Shown here one piece after another: positions 51,462 through 64,000 of a stretch of 64,000 nucleotides of DNA; within the stretch, counting starts at the first letter, position 1; each line of letters starts with the position of its first letter. Position numbers and translations under genes: made by a program. The DNA is taken from positions 290,532,001 through 290,596,000 of the forward strand of contig OZ024742.1 in NCBI GenBank assembly GCA_964016885.1, written 5' to 3'. The notes under the pieces were generated by a model. That model was not told the origin of the DNA. It worked only from the letters and a program-made list of their open reading frames with translations, and did not search any database. Source of the DNA: Eledone cirrhosa (lineage: Eukaryota).

Positions 51462-53023
51462 TGAGATTGGAATGTGTTGGATGTCATTTGTGAATTGTGA
51501 GATTCAGGTTTCAACTTCCTGGAGAAAAATTTCAATGGTTGTTGGTGATCGTCACTACTCTGTTGTAAGACTGCAGTATCCGACACATCAACACAAAGCG
51601 AAAGCTTGGCATTGGACACTGGGTGGGCCAGCAAAGATGCACTAGCCAATGCTGATTTGGCTTTTTGAAAATCCTCGAGCTGAGTCTGAGTCAAAGAGAT
51701 TTCCTTGTTCTTCTTGCGGCAATTTTTCAGAATCTCAGTAAGAGAGAAGAGTAGATTAGCACAATGCGGAACAAAACGTCTATAGAAATTTATCAGTCCT
51801 AGGAATTGTCGCAACTGACGAAGTGAGGTCGGCAGAGGCAAATCCTCTATAGCCTGAACTCGTTGAGGGAGGGGTCGAATACCCTCGGAGTCAATGACAT
51901 GACCTAAAAAATTCAGTGATTCCGCACCGAAAACACATTTTGTGGGATTTATTTGAACACTGAAATCCTTGAGTCGACAAAACAAAAGATTCAAATGACG
52001 TATGTGTTCTTCTCTGGAGGAACTAGCAATAAGCAGATCATCAATATAAGTGTAGACGAAGTCTAAACCATGAGTGACCTCATCCATGAACCGTTGAAAG
52101 GTGCTAGCAGCATTCCTAAGTCCGAAAGGCATGGTAAGAAATTCGAATGATCCAAATGGAGTCGTAATGGCCGTTTTCGGAATATCTTCTTTCTTGACAG
52201 GAATCTGATGATAAGCTCGCACCAAATCGAGCTTTGAGAAAACTTTACATCCCTGCAACAACGATGCAAAATCTTGCAAAATAGGATATCTATCCGGGAC
52301 AGTTATAGCATTTAACTTCCTATAATGCCCAGTGGGTCTCCAGTTGCCAGAAGTCTTGGGTACCATGTGTAACAGAGAAGCCCAAGGGCTCATAGACGGG
52401 CGAATTATGCCTAGCTGTAGCATATGATAAAACTCGGACTGTGCTGCCTTCAATTTGTCCGCAGGCAAGCGACGAGGACGGGAAAACACTGGAGCACCAG
52501 TAGTGGAGACGAAATGTACGGTTGAGTGAGTCGGTTCGATAACTCGAAAATTTCCCTGAGTAAGCTGTGGGAAAGAATTCAACAATGCATGATAGGCATT
52601 CCCAGCATTAGCGATGAAGAAGGTCGGGCTAACCATTGAAAAATTAGCTTTCTGGCCACGAAGAGAAAAACCAGTAATGCCATCTATTAAACGTCGGCCA
52701 CGGACGTCTACCGTCAATGCAAAATAGTGTAGAAAATCCGCTCCCAAGATCGGATATGGTAGGTCAGCAACCGTAAAAATCCATTTGAATTCTCGTCGAA
52801 GATTTCTGAATTGCAGAGGAAGCGAGATTTGTCTAAAAATTTGTATCGGCGAATGATTGACAGCTTCTAGATTCATTGATGACTCAGGAGGAGTTTCTTT
52901 AACACAGTTCACTGGCCAAATGCTGCAGGAGGCTCCCGTATCTACGAGGAAAGATCTGATGGACAGGAGGTGCTCAATAAAGAAGTGGCGGTTTGGGTGT
53001 GTAGCACAGAAATCAGCTGCCAC
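51458..53023 (-). pseudogene. Gypsy pol: protease and reverse transcriptase, RNase H core deleted
   Basis: [61 protein letters not shown]. Confidence 0.93.
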
Positions 53024-53025
53024 CT

Positions 53026-53814
53026 TCAGTGATTCTGGTTTGCGTTTCTGGAAGTTGAATAGTTACACGGTGGCCGGAAGTGTTTTGCTTTATCAGCGAA
53101 TGTGGCATGATACCAGCAAAAAGACGAATTGCTGGCGGGTGAGCTGGCATTACGGCGTGAAGTCACGAAGGAACGCGAACGACCTCTTGGCCGCGTGGGA
53201 GATGGCCTACTCTGCCCACATAATTTTGTGACTTGACGCGTCAATACATCAATCGCCTTCAACATGGCATCCTCATGTGTTGAGACGGGCTGGTTCGGAA
53301 AGCTCGAAGAGGCAACACACAAGTCCGACGAGGTAGTTTTCCTAGAGAATTCCACAATTCGATCGGCAGACGCAGCGATCTGCTCCACCGAGCTTGAGTC
53401 CACTATGTTAGCCAATATAAACTGGACATTGTTTGGCAAGCGAGAGAAAAATAGCTTTTTGATAAATGAACTATCCTCATCGGGCTATTTACTGAGGTCC
53501 CGAATGTGGCGTAAAAATTCAGACGGCGACCTGGCACCTAAACACTCGTCATAGAATAATGCACGAAACCTGCTTTCAGCAGAATGGCAGTTTCTCCTTA
53601 CTATTTCCGTCCTCAATGAATCATACAAAGTACCGGTTGGCTAGTCCGTTATTAAATCTTTCACTGTGGTGTCAAGCGGCGAAGGTATGCCACTAATCAA
53701 AACATTGAGTTTCTGCTCTGTTTTAATTCCATTTGCAGCAAAATATGCATCCAGTTGCGCAAACCAGAGCCTGGGACCACCGGAGAACGCAGGTAAATGA
53801 GGACTACTCATCAT
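53026..53814 (-). pseudogene. Gypsy gag
   Basis: MSSPHLPAFSGGPRLWFAQLD..., PSEF..LFFSRLP, FCWYHATFADKAKHFRPPC; pol follows in the -1 frame. Confidence 0.85.
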
Positions 53815-55139
53815 TAGCATGTATCAGTTCCACATAAAAATACTAAATGATATCCAAGTAAAGAAATGCAACGCGTATTAGATGTTTGGAACAACGGGAA
53901 AACAACACAAATTTCCTTCAACATCCATGAAGAAAGAAAAATATCTGGTGAATTTGCAAAATCCGGAATTGACAAGTCACAAAATTCAAGGCAGAAAAAT
54001 TAAATGTTTCTGGCGTGTTGTTAACGAGACTGCTGCGAAGCGTCAAAGAGAGAGAGTTGATCTTTCAGCCTCTTACTTATAGTGGCCAAGAGGACGTAAC
54101 TCCTTTTACCTACTGTAGGTGACACCAGGGGTCACTACCGTCACAAAGGGACGCAACTCTTATTTTAGTTCTGATGTCCCCCGCAAGGGGTTGGGGGCAC
54201 TACACTATGGGCATGTAGTTAGAATGTCTCAGGAAATAATCGCTGGATAGATTTTATGGGCAGAAACCAACTGGCAGGAGACCCACAGGTAGACTCCAAG
54301 CAAGATGGATGGACAACATCCATGAGCTCAGCTAGGATCCAGCCAGATCAAATTTGAGACAGTTACTTCTGACAGGACCTGCTGGAAGGAGAGCTTGAGG
54401 ATTCTGCCTTCACAACCCTCATAAGAATAGGTGGACAAAGAAGAATGAGAAGGAGGAAGAGAAGAAGAAGAAGAATATATATTTAGTTAAAATAATCGAA
54501 ATGTTTACAAAGATGTTTATTATGAATACTATCAATGTATAAATACTGTAACATTCTTTACTAAAAACAGACATACATACTATATACCATTAGATATACA
54601 AAATACACATACTTATATGTATACAGCTATGCTGGAGCGAACACTTTAATTCTATTTTCGGGCCAAGACAGCCGACAGCTCCATATGCAAATGAGGCTAA
54701 TTAACCCGCGTACATAGGCATCAAAACTATATGTTTTCGCCTATATTGAATTCCAGCAGAGAGCAGGGTAATGGAAGCACTGTCTTAATAACGACCATAG
54801 TTAGAAACGATCGTTGGCAGTTACCCTCCCTTGCTTCTGCTGGAATTCGCTAGATGGCACTATGTCATCAGCTTCCAAAATTCAAAGGTAAAGCCTTCCA
54901 AATGTTTATTTGTAGACATAACTACAGTTTAGTGTTCCTCAACCTCACAATTACTTGAAGGAATGGAATGGACCTCTTTTGGTTTCAACAATGATTGTTC
55001 CAGTTTTTAATCAATTAATAGTTTGCATATGAGAAACCCTATAGTTTATGCAGATAAAATAATTTATTTCTAAGATATATGTACATATGACATATACAAT
55101 TAAGTGTATGAGTAACTTTGGAGAAATAACAATTGACAA

Positions 55140-55370
55140 GGACAAAGACTACAGTCTAGGCTTTGTTGCCCACCAAGAGGAAGAGGGCAAACTGTCCAAG
55201 TATAGTCCACTCTCGGATAGGTTTGTGGTTGAGCCTGTAGCAGTGGAGACTTCCAGCGTTCTTGGCCCCTGGACGACATCCCTACTCATTGCTATCGGGG
55301 CGGAGTTGGCCGCCCGCAGGTGTGAGATAGAGTAGCTGTTTTAGCGTGTCTCCCATGCCATCCTCTGGCA
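55140..55370 (+). mobile_element. CRE-like LINE endonuclease fragment
   Basis: EEGKLSKYSPLSDRFVVEPVAVETSSVLG resembles the K..KY...F.P.AVET.G motif of restriction-like-endonuclease LINEs. Confidence 0.5.
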
Positions 55371-55439
55371 TAATGAAAGCTGATTTTTATTGTAGCAACA
55401 TCACTAAGATAGGAAATGTATTGAATGTATGTTCATTTT

Positions 55440-55770
55440 CATTTTTCATTTCATTTTACGTCCGCTTTTTCCCTTCTTGCAAGGGTGGGACGGGAACTCA
55501 TTCTGGCTTGATTTTTACAGCTGGATGCTCTTCCTAACACCAACCTCATTTACAGTGAGTGCTGGGTGCTTTTTTGCCGTGGCACCTCCACGACCACTTT
55601 ACAGTGGAATGATAGGGACCCCAGTCCCTACCATCTCATTTCTACAGCTGAGTAAACTGGAGCAATGTGAAATAAAGTGTCTTGCTCAAGGAAACAACAC
55701 ATCACCCGGTCTGAGAATTGAACTCACAACCTTTCGATTGCAAGACCAACGCTCTAACCACTAAGCCATG
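55440..55770 (-). mobile_element. Full-length CORE-type SINE with tRNA head and RTE-derived 3' tail
   Basis: A box TGGCTTAGTGG, B box GAGTTCAATTC, core ccttgagcaagacacttt; tail ggttggtgttaggaagagcatccagctgta...ggacgtaaa matches the RTE 3' UTR. Confidence 0.85.
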
Positions 55771-56237
55771 TGTGTAAATTTAAAAAAAGTTACAGACATA
55801 TATATAAATATATAGATACAAACACATGGTGAGGAAAACAATTTTTCATTAACAGCTTCGAAAACGTTTCTATAAATTATCATTAAAAATATACATTATT
55901 AAGAAAGTTGTGAGAACATGAGTCAATGGAAAGACCTTTACCTGGTCAATCAACTTGCTAGAAACAGCAGCCAAATGCCTTTTGTGACCACACCCTATCG
56001 TTTTAAAAAAATGTAGGACACATTGAATAATGGGCAGATTTTTGTTTACTGACAGTAAAATAGTTTACTTTGTAATGTAGGTCAAAATGTTTTTCTTTGT
56101 AATAAAATAATAAAAATGCATTATTTCTTAGAAAATGTAAAAAAAAAGGAAATTCTAGATCACATGACACTCATTATAGTTTGTGGATACAGTTGCACAT
56201 CAAACTGAGAAACTGACAAAACTGACAAAAACTACAT

Positions 56238-56553
56238 TGGACAAAATCACCACCAGACAATTACTTCACCACACAAAAACCCCACAGTTTAAAATCCCCT
56301 CTTAAGACAAAACTCTCATAGGAAAAAAATCTCTCAGAACAAAACCTCACCAAACAAAATCTCTACTCCTACCAATAAAAAAAAAACCATATAGTAAAAC
56401 TAAAATAGAAAAAGATAAAATATAATCTATAGTTTTGACTAGCTGACATTATGAAATGTAATTTAACTGATAAGCAATAAACTAAAATTATGTATTCATA
56501 TTCCGGATTATTTTTTACTGTGTGGAGTTTTTGTCTGGTGGCCATTTTGTCAA
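56238..56553. mobile_element. MITE with about 30-bp imperfect TIRs and subterminal repeats
   Basis: ggacaaaatcaccaccagacaa ... ttgtctggtggccattttgtca; internal acaaaa(c/t)c subrepeats. Confidence 0.55.
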
Positions 56554-57189
56554 GGATTGCATTTAATTTTAGAAACTTTATTTCACATTGCTCCAGACCA
56601 GGTAGCAGGCAAAAATAAATTGTACTTGTGATTGAAAGGGTCAGCTTTGTTACACACTATGTCACTTTGAATCTCTGTGAGAACTATGTTAAGAATACAT
56701 GTCTGTGGAATATTCAGCCACTTACCCTATAATACAAGATGGACTGTACCTGTAATTCAAAAGGCCAGCCATGTCACTCACTGTGTCCTGTTGAATCTCC
56801 ATGAGAACTACATTTAGGATGCACATGTATGTGGCATGCTCGGCACAAAGCCAGCAATTTATATGGAGAAGACTGGATTAAATCAACCACAATAGTCTAT
56901 AGTTTTTACTAGTTAACATCATGAAATGTTTGAGTAACAAATATGCAAGCTGGCAACAAGCTGGGAGTATCGGTGGGAAAGCGTCACTTGTTTTGTAGTT
57001 AGTTACTATGGTGATATCTATCTATCTTTCACATGCAGTCTCTCTCTCTCTGTATTTCTCTCTCAACATTTCGTATAGGAAAAATAGATTAGGTTTACGA
57101 ACATTTTGAGTGACTAATGGTGTTCAAGAATGAATTAAGTTCATGAACCATGGTTCCACACTATATATATATATATATGCATGTTCCAC

Positions 57190-57725
57190 AGACTATAACA
57201 GAAGAGCTTAAGACTGTCTTCCCTTGGGAACTTCTGTATGCAGATGATTTAACTTTCATAGCTGGATCTATGACAGAATTATAGAAGAAATTCCAAACCT
57301 GGAAGCATGGCCTAGAATAAAAAGGACAAGTTAACTTGTCAAAGACAAATGTCTTAGTATGTAAAAAGGAAAGTAGAGCCCAGGTTCCCTCTGGGAAATG
57401 GCCTTGCTCAGTATATGAGAAAGGAGCAGGTAGAAATTCCATTCTGTGTCCCAATTGGGTACATAAAGGATGTAGTTGGATCATGGGCAGGCTTTCAAAG
57501 AATGTAGGTTTTATATGTGGCTGATGCACAGGTGCAGTAAGAAGCAAGTGCCCACAGGATACTAGCTCCTTCAAATGCCTAGATGGTTCTATAGAAATAG
57601 TCGACAGTTTCTGTTACCTGGGTGACAGAATCAGCAGTGGAAGAGGGTGTTCCGAAAATACAGTAGCCAGAGTAAGAATAGGATGGAGAAAGTTCAGCTA
57701 CTACTGCTGTTAGCTACAAAAGGTT
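57190..57725 (+). mobile_element. RTE LINE RT/PHD fragment
   Basis: PWELLYADDL, KFQTWKHGLE, GKWPCSV, FCYLGD. Confidence 0.88.
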
Positions 57726-59188
57726 ATGCAGCTGAACCTCACAAAAGAGATGACCCAGGATCAAGAAAACTGTTGATATTCTGTAATGCAGGGAATTTGC
57801 CTTCCCATGCACAATGAGGATGCCCCCCCCCCCCCCAACCTGCCAATATGCTTTGTACTACTCCACTTCCATCTACCTCCCTCCACCCTCTCACCTGCCA
57901 GTATTCTCATGAATTCCCTACCAGCATGCCCCTGATTGTCTTTTCCTCACTCTAAACCTGAAGAAGCTGAGAGATGGAACATCTATCAGGTCCTCGCTTG
58001 CTTATATACTCCTGCCTTCCTCGCCCAACCCATACTAGCAGGGAAAGCTAGGACAAACCTGGATTGATTCACCTTGCCTGCTGAACCCTTGTGCCTCTGA
58101 CACCCAACCCAGGAATGCCAGACACAACCCACCACATAATCTGGCGCACCCCTTCCCTCATCTCACTGCAAGCAGCATAAAAACACCCTCTTTTAGGCCA
58201 TCAAGGGAAGCCAAGCACACCTCACAATATCTCAGATACCATCCACTTGGTTCAAGGCCACCTCTATGACCCAACCCCCACATGGCAATGCAATATTTTG
58301 ATTCTTGCCCCAACTCCCAGCAAAGCCAATGGCACTGAGTTTCATAGTGCTATAACGAGGTAGTTCTGGTGCCACGACAAAAGCACCCAGTCCTCCCTGC
58401 AAGATGGTCGTGTCAGGGTCACGATAAAATGCTCCTAGTACATGCTGTTAAGTGATTGGTACTTGGAAGGGCATCCAGCTAGAAAAATCATGCTCCCAGT
58501 AGATACTGAAAAGTGGTTGGTGTTTGGAAGGATATCCAGCCATAGAAACCAAGCCAAAACAAAGTGTACTAGTAGGACCTTGTCACCTGACCAGTCTAGC
58601 CTCAGCATGTGACAGCTGTCTAACCCATGCAAGCATGGAAAAAAGATGTTAAATGGTGATGATGATATATATATCATCATCATCATCATCATTTTATGTT
58701 CACTTTTCCATGCTGCATGGTTTGGACAAGTATTTTCTAGCACAGCATCCCTCCACTCATCGCAGTCTTTTGTCATCTCTTCTTTGAGCTTCAGTGATTT
58801 GAGATCAGGTCTCACTCCACTTCTGCTCTATGGAATGTATGGGAAAGATGAGATTGCTCCCAGCTATCTGGTCTTGGATAATGACAACACATCCAACCCA
58901 TGTAAGCATGGTTGTAAATTGGATGCAAAAATGATATTGATGATGATGATGGATCCTACCAGGTACACATTTCATCTTAGATGGTTGGGCTTCATATGTA
59001 GGATAAGGAATTGTAACATATACAACATTACCACAGATAATCATGAGGCGTTAATTGTGGATTACAGAGTCCTCATCTCTTCTCAATTTTTTTCATTTGG
59101 AGTTACTGATCTCCTCATATTTTTATGTATTAGAGACATTTTAATCACTAATATTTTTCTTTTCCTTTCAGCGTGTTAAGTTGATGAC

Positions 59189-59201
59189 ATGGACCAATGT
59201 G
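59189..59201 (+). CDS. Candidate first coding bases (MDQC..) in a 30-nt exon 59172-59201 of an unidentified gene
   Basis: Strong polypyrimidine tract tttttcttttcctttcAG (59171), gacATGG start context, G|GTATGT donor at 59202. Confidence 0.45.
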
Positions 59202-60049
59202 GTATGTATTTTCTTGATTTACATTTTATTCATTTGGGTAATGCTTTATTTCCCCATAAATGTGTGTTGTTCTTTAACCCTTTTGATACTAAACTACTTG
59301 AAACTGTCTCTGATTTAAACCAGCTGTGTTTGTCCAGAATTCTCTCACCTCTTTCTGCTCAAACTAGACATAACTGGCTGCTCATGGTTACGTTAAGGTA
59401 TTGTTCTCAAAATAAATAATATCTCAATCTCGTAGATTCAATATTATGTGAGATAATTATGGGAGATAAAGTGTTTACCGAGAAAATACAATAGTAAATA
59501 TAGAGTAATGTAAATGCTAAAAGGTTAAGCTGTTTTTTTAAAGTTTATTTTTATCAAAAAATCTTCCATTATAATTTTATATAAAAACTGGCCTTGTGCC
59601 TAAAGTAGAAACAATTATAATTTTATATAAAATCTTTTATTATGTTCTAAACACCAGCTTAATAATGCGAAAACTAATTATATTATCAAATTACACCTTG
59701 AGTATTTTCAAAATTATTTGAAAATCATAGGCAATGTCTTTTATTAGAAATATGGTAACAAAGGTGTTGATATTTACCTAAAAGCTTTCCATCATAATTT
59801 TATGTAAGAATCTGTGTATAGTTGATCCAAACATCTGCTTAATAATGAGAAAGGTACTTCGTTATACTAAATCCCTCAAATTTTTTGATTATTTAAAAAA
59901 TTATTTGAAAAATCATAGGCAGTATCTTTCATTATAAATACGGTTTCTGATTTAGGCAATTTTGGGGGATGGGAAAGGCGATTAAATCGACCCCATTGCA
60001 TTACTGGTACTTTATTTTATCTACCCACCCTGTAAGAATGAAAGATTTG

Positions 60050-61206
60050 AACACAGCTACTGTGAACACATATTAATAAATATTTATTGTGAACACATTA
60101 TATTAATATACATCTATTGTGAACTCATTTTAATACACAGCTATTTTGGCACATTTTTGTCCTTGAGCAAAACACTTTATTTCACGTTGCTCCAATCAAC
60201 TCAGCTGGCAAAATGAGTTGTATCTATAATTCGAAGAGCCAGCCTTGTCACATTCTATGTCATGCTGAATCTCCCTGACAACTACGTTTAGGGTTCACAT
60301 GTCTGTGGAATGCTCAGCCACTTGCATGTTAATTTCACGATCAGACTGTTCTGTTAATCAGATCAACTGGATCACTTGTCGTAACCGATGGAATGCCAGT
60401 TTTATTGTGAACATGTATTAATATACAGCCAGTGTGAACATATATTAATATACAGCTATTGTGAACATATATTAATATACAGCAATTGTGAACATATATT
60501 AATATACAGCTATTGTGAACATATATTGATATATAGCTATTGTGAACATGTATTAATATACAGCTATTGTGAACATATATTAATATACAGCAATTGTGAA
60601 TATATATTGATATATAGCTATTGTGAACATGTATTAATATACAGCTATTGTGAACAGGTATTAATATACAGCTAGTGTGAACATATATTAATATACAGCT
60701 ATTGTGAACATGTATTAATATACATCCAGTGTGAACATATATAAATATACAGCTATTGTGAACATATATTGATATACAGCTATTGTGAACATATAAATAT
60801 ACAGCTATTGTGAACATATATTGATATACACCCAGTGTGAACATATATTAATATACAGCTATTGTGAACATATATAAATATACAGCTATTGTGAACATGT
60901 ATTAATATACAGCTATTGTGAACATATAAATATACAGCTATTGTGAACATATATTGATATACAGCTATTGTGAACATATATTAATATACAGCTATTGTGA
61001 ACATATATTAATATACAGCTATTGTGAACATATATTAATATACAGCTATTGTGAACATATATTAATATACAGCTATTGTGAACATATATTAATATACAGC
61101 TAGTGTGAACATATATTGATATACAGCTATTGTGAACATATATTAATATACAGCTATTGTGAACATATAAATATACAGCTATTGTGAACATATATTGATA
61201 TACAGC
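60050..61206. repeat. 27-bp minisatellite
   Basis: Unit atatacagctattgtgaacatatatta, about 30 copies at 60401-61206 plus degenerate copies at 60050-60150. Confidence 0.95.
60155..60400 (+). mobile_element. CORE-type SINE fragment interrupting the minisatellite
   Basis: gtccttgagcaaaacactttatttcacgttgctcca core; related to sequence at 56575-56850. Confidence 0.6.
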
Positions 61207-64000
61207 TTTAGTGAGTTAGTACCAGGGTTACTTACTCCAGTAAGTACCACCGGATCCCAACTACTAAATTTAATAGAAATAAGAGATAGGAGAATTTTCA
61301 TACAATTTCATGCCGTGTGAGAATTATCTTTCACTACATTTGAAGTAATAACTGAAGCATAATAAGTTTCTCAAAATGAGTATCAAAATGACTTGCGTTT
61401 ACTGTAGTCTGTGAATTACATATGTGGTAAGCAAATGTACCTCGTGGCATGACAAGGTATAATCCTGAACCATAAGATGTGGTTGGAAAAAGGTTAGCAT
61501 GTTTGCACTCGATGTGATCACTTCAAGGGTTAACCGGCAAAAGAGAGAGAGATGACTTTCAGTTCACTATTTTATAATCCTTTTATAAAACGGAAGTTTT
61601 AAAGAAGGTTCTAGAATTTCAACGAGAAGTAACTCTAGCTACTTCCCTTGTCTAGAGAGCGCTACAAGACTGCCCTCTCAGACGAGAAGTCAAATAACCA
61701 ACCGAAGGTCATTGTAGCGAGAACCCGTAAGAAATGAGGAGCAAAGCAAAAGGTACAAGAAAATGAATGAATAAAAAACATGAGCAAGCAAATAGCAAAA
61801 GGAGCACAAAACAAGTAAATGCATTTTACAAAGAAATATGTGAATGTAACAAACTGATAATTCAAAGTTGATATAAGGGAGCAGAGAAAAATTAATGCTC
61901 AATGGTAAGTTCAAATTTTTTCAAAGTCAAATGGTTCATACATCACCAGTGTACAGACTTTTCTGACACTAGTTCTATCTGAAAACTGAAAAAAAAAAGT
62001 TTGTTAATGCTACTAGGGGTTAGATGTATATTGTTTTTGAGAGTTTTCATGGCCATTTTACCATCCTGCCACCTCGTGTGACATAAGGTTGTGTGGTATG
62101 CAGTGTTTGCGGTGAAGGTGTTGGTGTGGGAGTGTATGTACGAGGTATGTCAGGCAGTGTAATGGGACTTTCAGAGAAAGCCTTCTTTGCTCTGTCAATG
62201 GATATTGTCTCTTTTCGACCATTGACAGCCACTGTGAAATGTTTGAGTGTGTGCGAAAGCACACGAAAAGGTCCATTGTAGGGTGACGTAAGCGATCCCT
62301 TGATGGAATCATTCCGTATAAAAATATGTGTCCACGTAGAGATGTCCGATTGGACAGCAGAAGAAATAGACTGCTCACAAGGGTTCATAGGTGGAATATC
62401 TGAGAAATATGAATGAATCCAGGTGACATATGATGCTGGGTCAAGATGTGATGAATCCACCGGCGCTAACATTTGTCCAGGAAGAGTCAATGTGGTACCA
62501 TAAAGAAGTTCAGCAGAAGAAAAACCTAAATCTGTCTTAATGGCAGAACGACAACCAAGAAGCACGATTGGCAAAAATTTGGTCCAACTTTGCAGGTCAG
62601 GAGTAGCGCGAAGTGCAACTTTCAACTGTCTATGAAACCTCTCCACCATTCCATTGGAGGCTGGGTGATATTTCACGAAATAAGGAAGCTTCAAATTGGT
62701 GTCCACGATCCGTAGTTATTCTAGTAGGAACACCAAAGCGAGCAATCCAATTGGAAATGAAAGCTTGGGCGACGGACTCTGCTGTTATGGCCACTAGGGG
62801 TATGGCTTCAGACCACCGAGAGAAACGATCGATACAAGTCAATATATATGTGAACCTACGACTAATGAGCCACGGACCAATGTGAGTATGACGGAAACGT
62901 GCGTCTGGCGGGCTGAATTTCTCAAGAGGTGCGCGGACATGCTGATAAATCTTAGAGCGCTGACACTTCAAACAAGAACGTGCCCAACCGGTGATTAAAC
63001 GACGCATATTAGGCCAGAAAAATTGAGCCGTAATAAGCTTCACCATGGCAGCTATGCCGGGATGTGACAAGGGATGAAGTGCATCAAAAACGGTACGCTG
63101 ATGACAATCTGGAACAAGTGGTCTGCGTGAGCCAGTAGAAATATTGCAAAGAATTTTTCCTTCAGCAGATGGAAGAGGTAATTATTCAAATTTACTGCAG
63201 GAAAGCTTGGTAGAAGAAATGTCCAATGAATCCAAAGTAGGTTGGTTAGTTGCTATGGCAACCAAATCGATGTGTGCAGGAGACTCCAGAGAACACACAG
63301 AAAGTCGAGATAGTGCGTCCGCGGGTATGTTGGCAGTTCCAGTTATATGACGAATGTCACTGGTATACTGGGAGATGAGATCCAGATGCCTATACGCTCT
63401 CAGAAAGTACCTGTCGGACTTGGTTTGAAGAGCGAATGTGAGTGGTTTATGGTCTGTGAATACCATGAACTCCGTACCTTCAAGAAGATGGTGGAAGTGT
63501 CTCACAGCAAGATAAATTGCTAAAAGCTCTCTGTCAAAAGTACTGTACCGTTGTTCTGCTGGTTTTAGTTGGCGTAGAAGAATGCCAGTGGTTGAACCTG
63601 GTGGTCGATTGCATGTTGCAAAGCTGCTTCAACAGCATGATCGGATGCGTCAACAGATAAAGAAAGTCTCGCATTTGCAACAGGATCGGTGAGGAAGGAA
63701 ACTTCAGCTAGCTCAGACTTGACGGGTTCAAAAGACTGCAAAGTGAAATAGGAGCATCTTTCTTTTTTGCAGCTCTTAAAAACTGTGTCAAGGGGAATAA
63801 CTTGTCCGCACAGTTAGGAATGAAGCGACGATAAAAGTTAATTAATCCCAAGAAATGACGTTATTGTTTCAAGGAGGTGGGTGGTGCGATATGCTGAATC
63901 GCTTCTACCTTAGATGGCAAAGGTCGTATGCCTTCCTATTCTATAAGATGTCCAAGGAATTTCAGTGAAGCTGTACCAAGCACACATTTAGCTGGGTTGA
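61207..64000 (-). mobile_element. Second CsRn1-like Gypsy element, 3' half (RT end, RNase H, integrase, 3' LTR); runs off the window
   Basis: [88 protein letters not shown] then TGTAGC at 61666. The LTR far end at 61207 is tentative. Confidence 0.92.

Larger units (their letters stand above)
49472..54204 (-). mobile_element. Ty3/Gypsy LTR retrotransposon, CsRn1-like, defective
   Basis: CTAT TSD at 49468-49471 and 54205-54208. 3' LTR 49472-49926, PPT GGAGGAGGGTAC, partial 5' LTR 54008-54204 (about 9 substitutions over about 197 bp). gag with CWYH motif; PR-RT-(RNase H deleted)-IN. Confidence 0.95.
49140..54475 (+). mobile_element. RTE LINE 3' fragment (second family), split by a Gypsy insertion into 49140-49471 and 54205-54475
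   Basis: Removing the insert restores ERSQ-LRYYGHVVRM...GRRPTGR; (GAA)n tail. Confidence 0.85.

Noticed and set aside
58646-59179. 177-aa ORF
   Set aside because: It runs across antisense RTE tail fragments and (CAT)n repeats and has no domain signal.
60341-61191. Repetitive ORFs (IYVHNSCIL)n and (YCEHILIYS)n
   Set aside because: These are translations of a 27-bp minisatellite, with no splice or start context.

Overview
AT-rich, microsatellite-rich animal genomic DNA. The SINE/LINE repertoire suggests a cephalopod mollusc such as octopus; this is inferred, not proven. The only clear host gene is the 3' half of a spliced PARP14/PARP15-like mono-ADP-ribosyltransferase on the + strand: five phase-compatible exons between 12403 and 38935 encoding a WWE domain and an ART domain with an H-Y-I triad. 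Its introns are filled with nested transposons: RTE LINEs carrying a PHD finger inside the RT, a Tx1/L1 LINE, a complete decayed Helitron, SINEs and a 36-bp minisatellite. A non-autonomous LTR element and another RTE copy lie upstream of the first confident exon. Downstream lie R4/Dong-like LINE relics, two CsRn1-like Gypsy elements (one splits an RTE with a CTAT target-site duplication), and the likely promoter and first two exons of a second gene, preceded by a tight cluster of IRF- and STAT-type motifs. Less obvious signals are several Penelope-type minimal hammerhead ribozymes (one intact) sitting in inverted repeats, LTRs ending in TAAA rather than CA, a possible spliced extra ORF in the non-autonomous LTR element, and a ~430-bp intronic inverted LINE pair. 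No prokaryotic features or CRISPR array. I found no wholly new system that can be demonstrated from sequence alone. All alignments and counts were done by eye.
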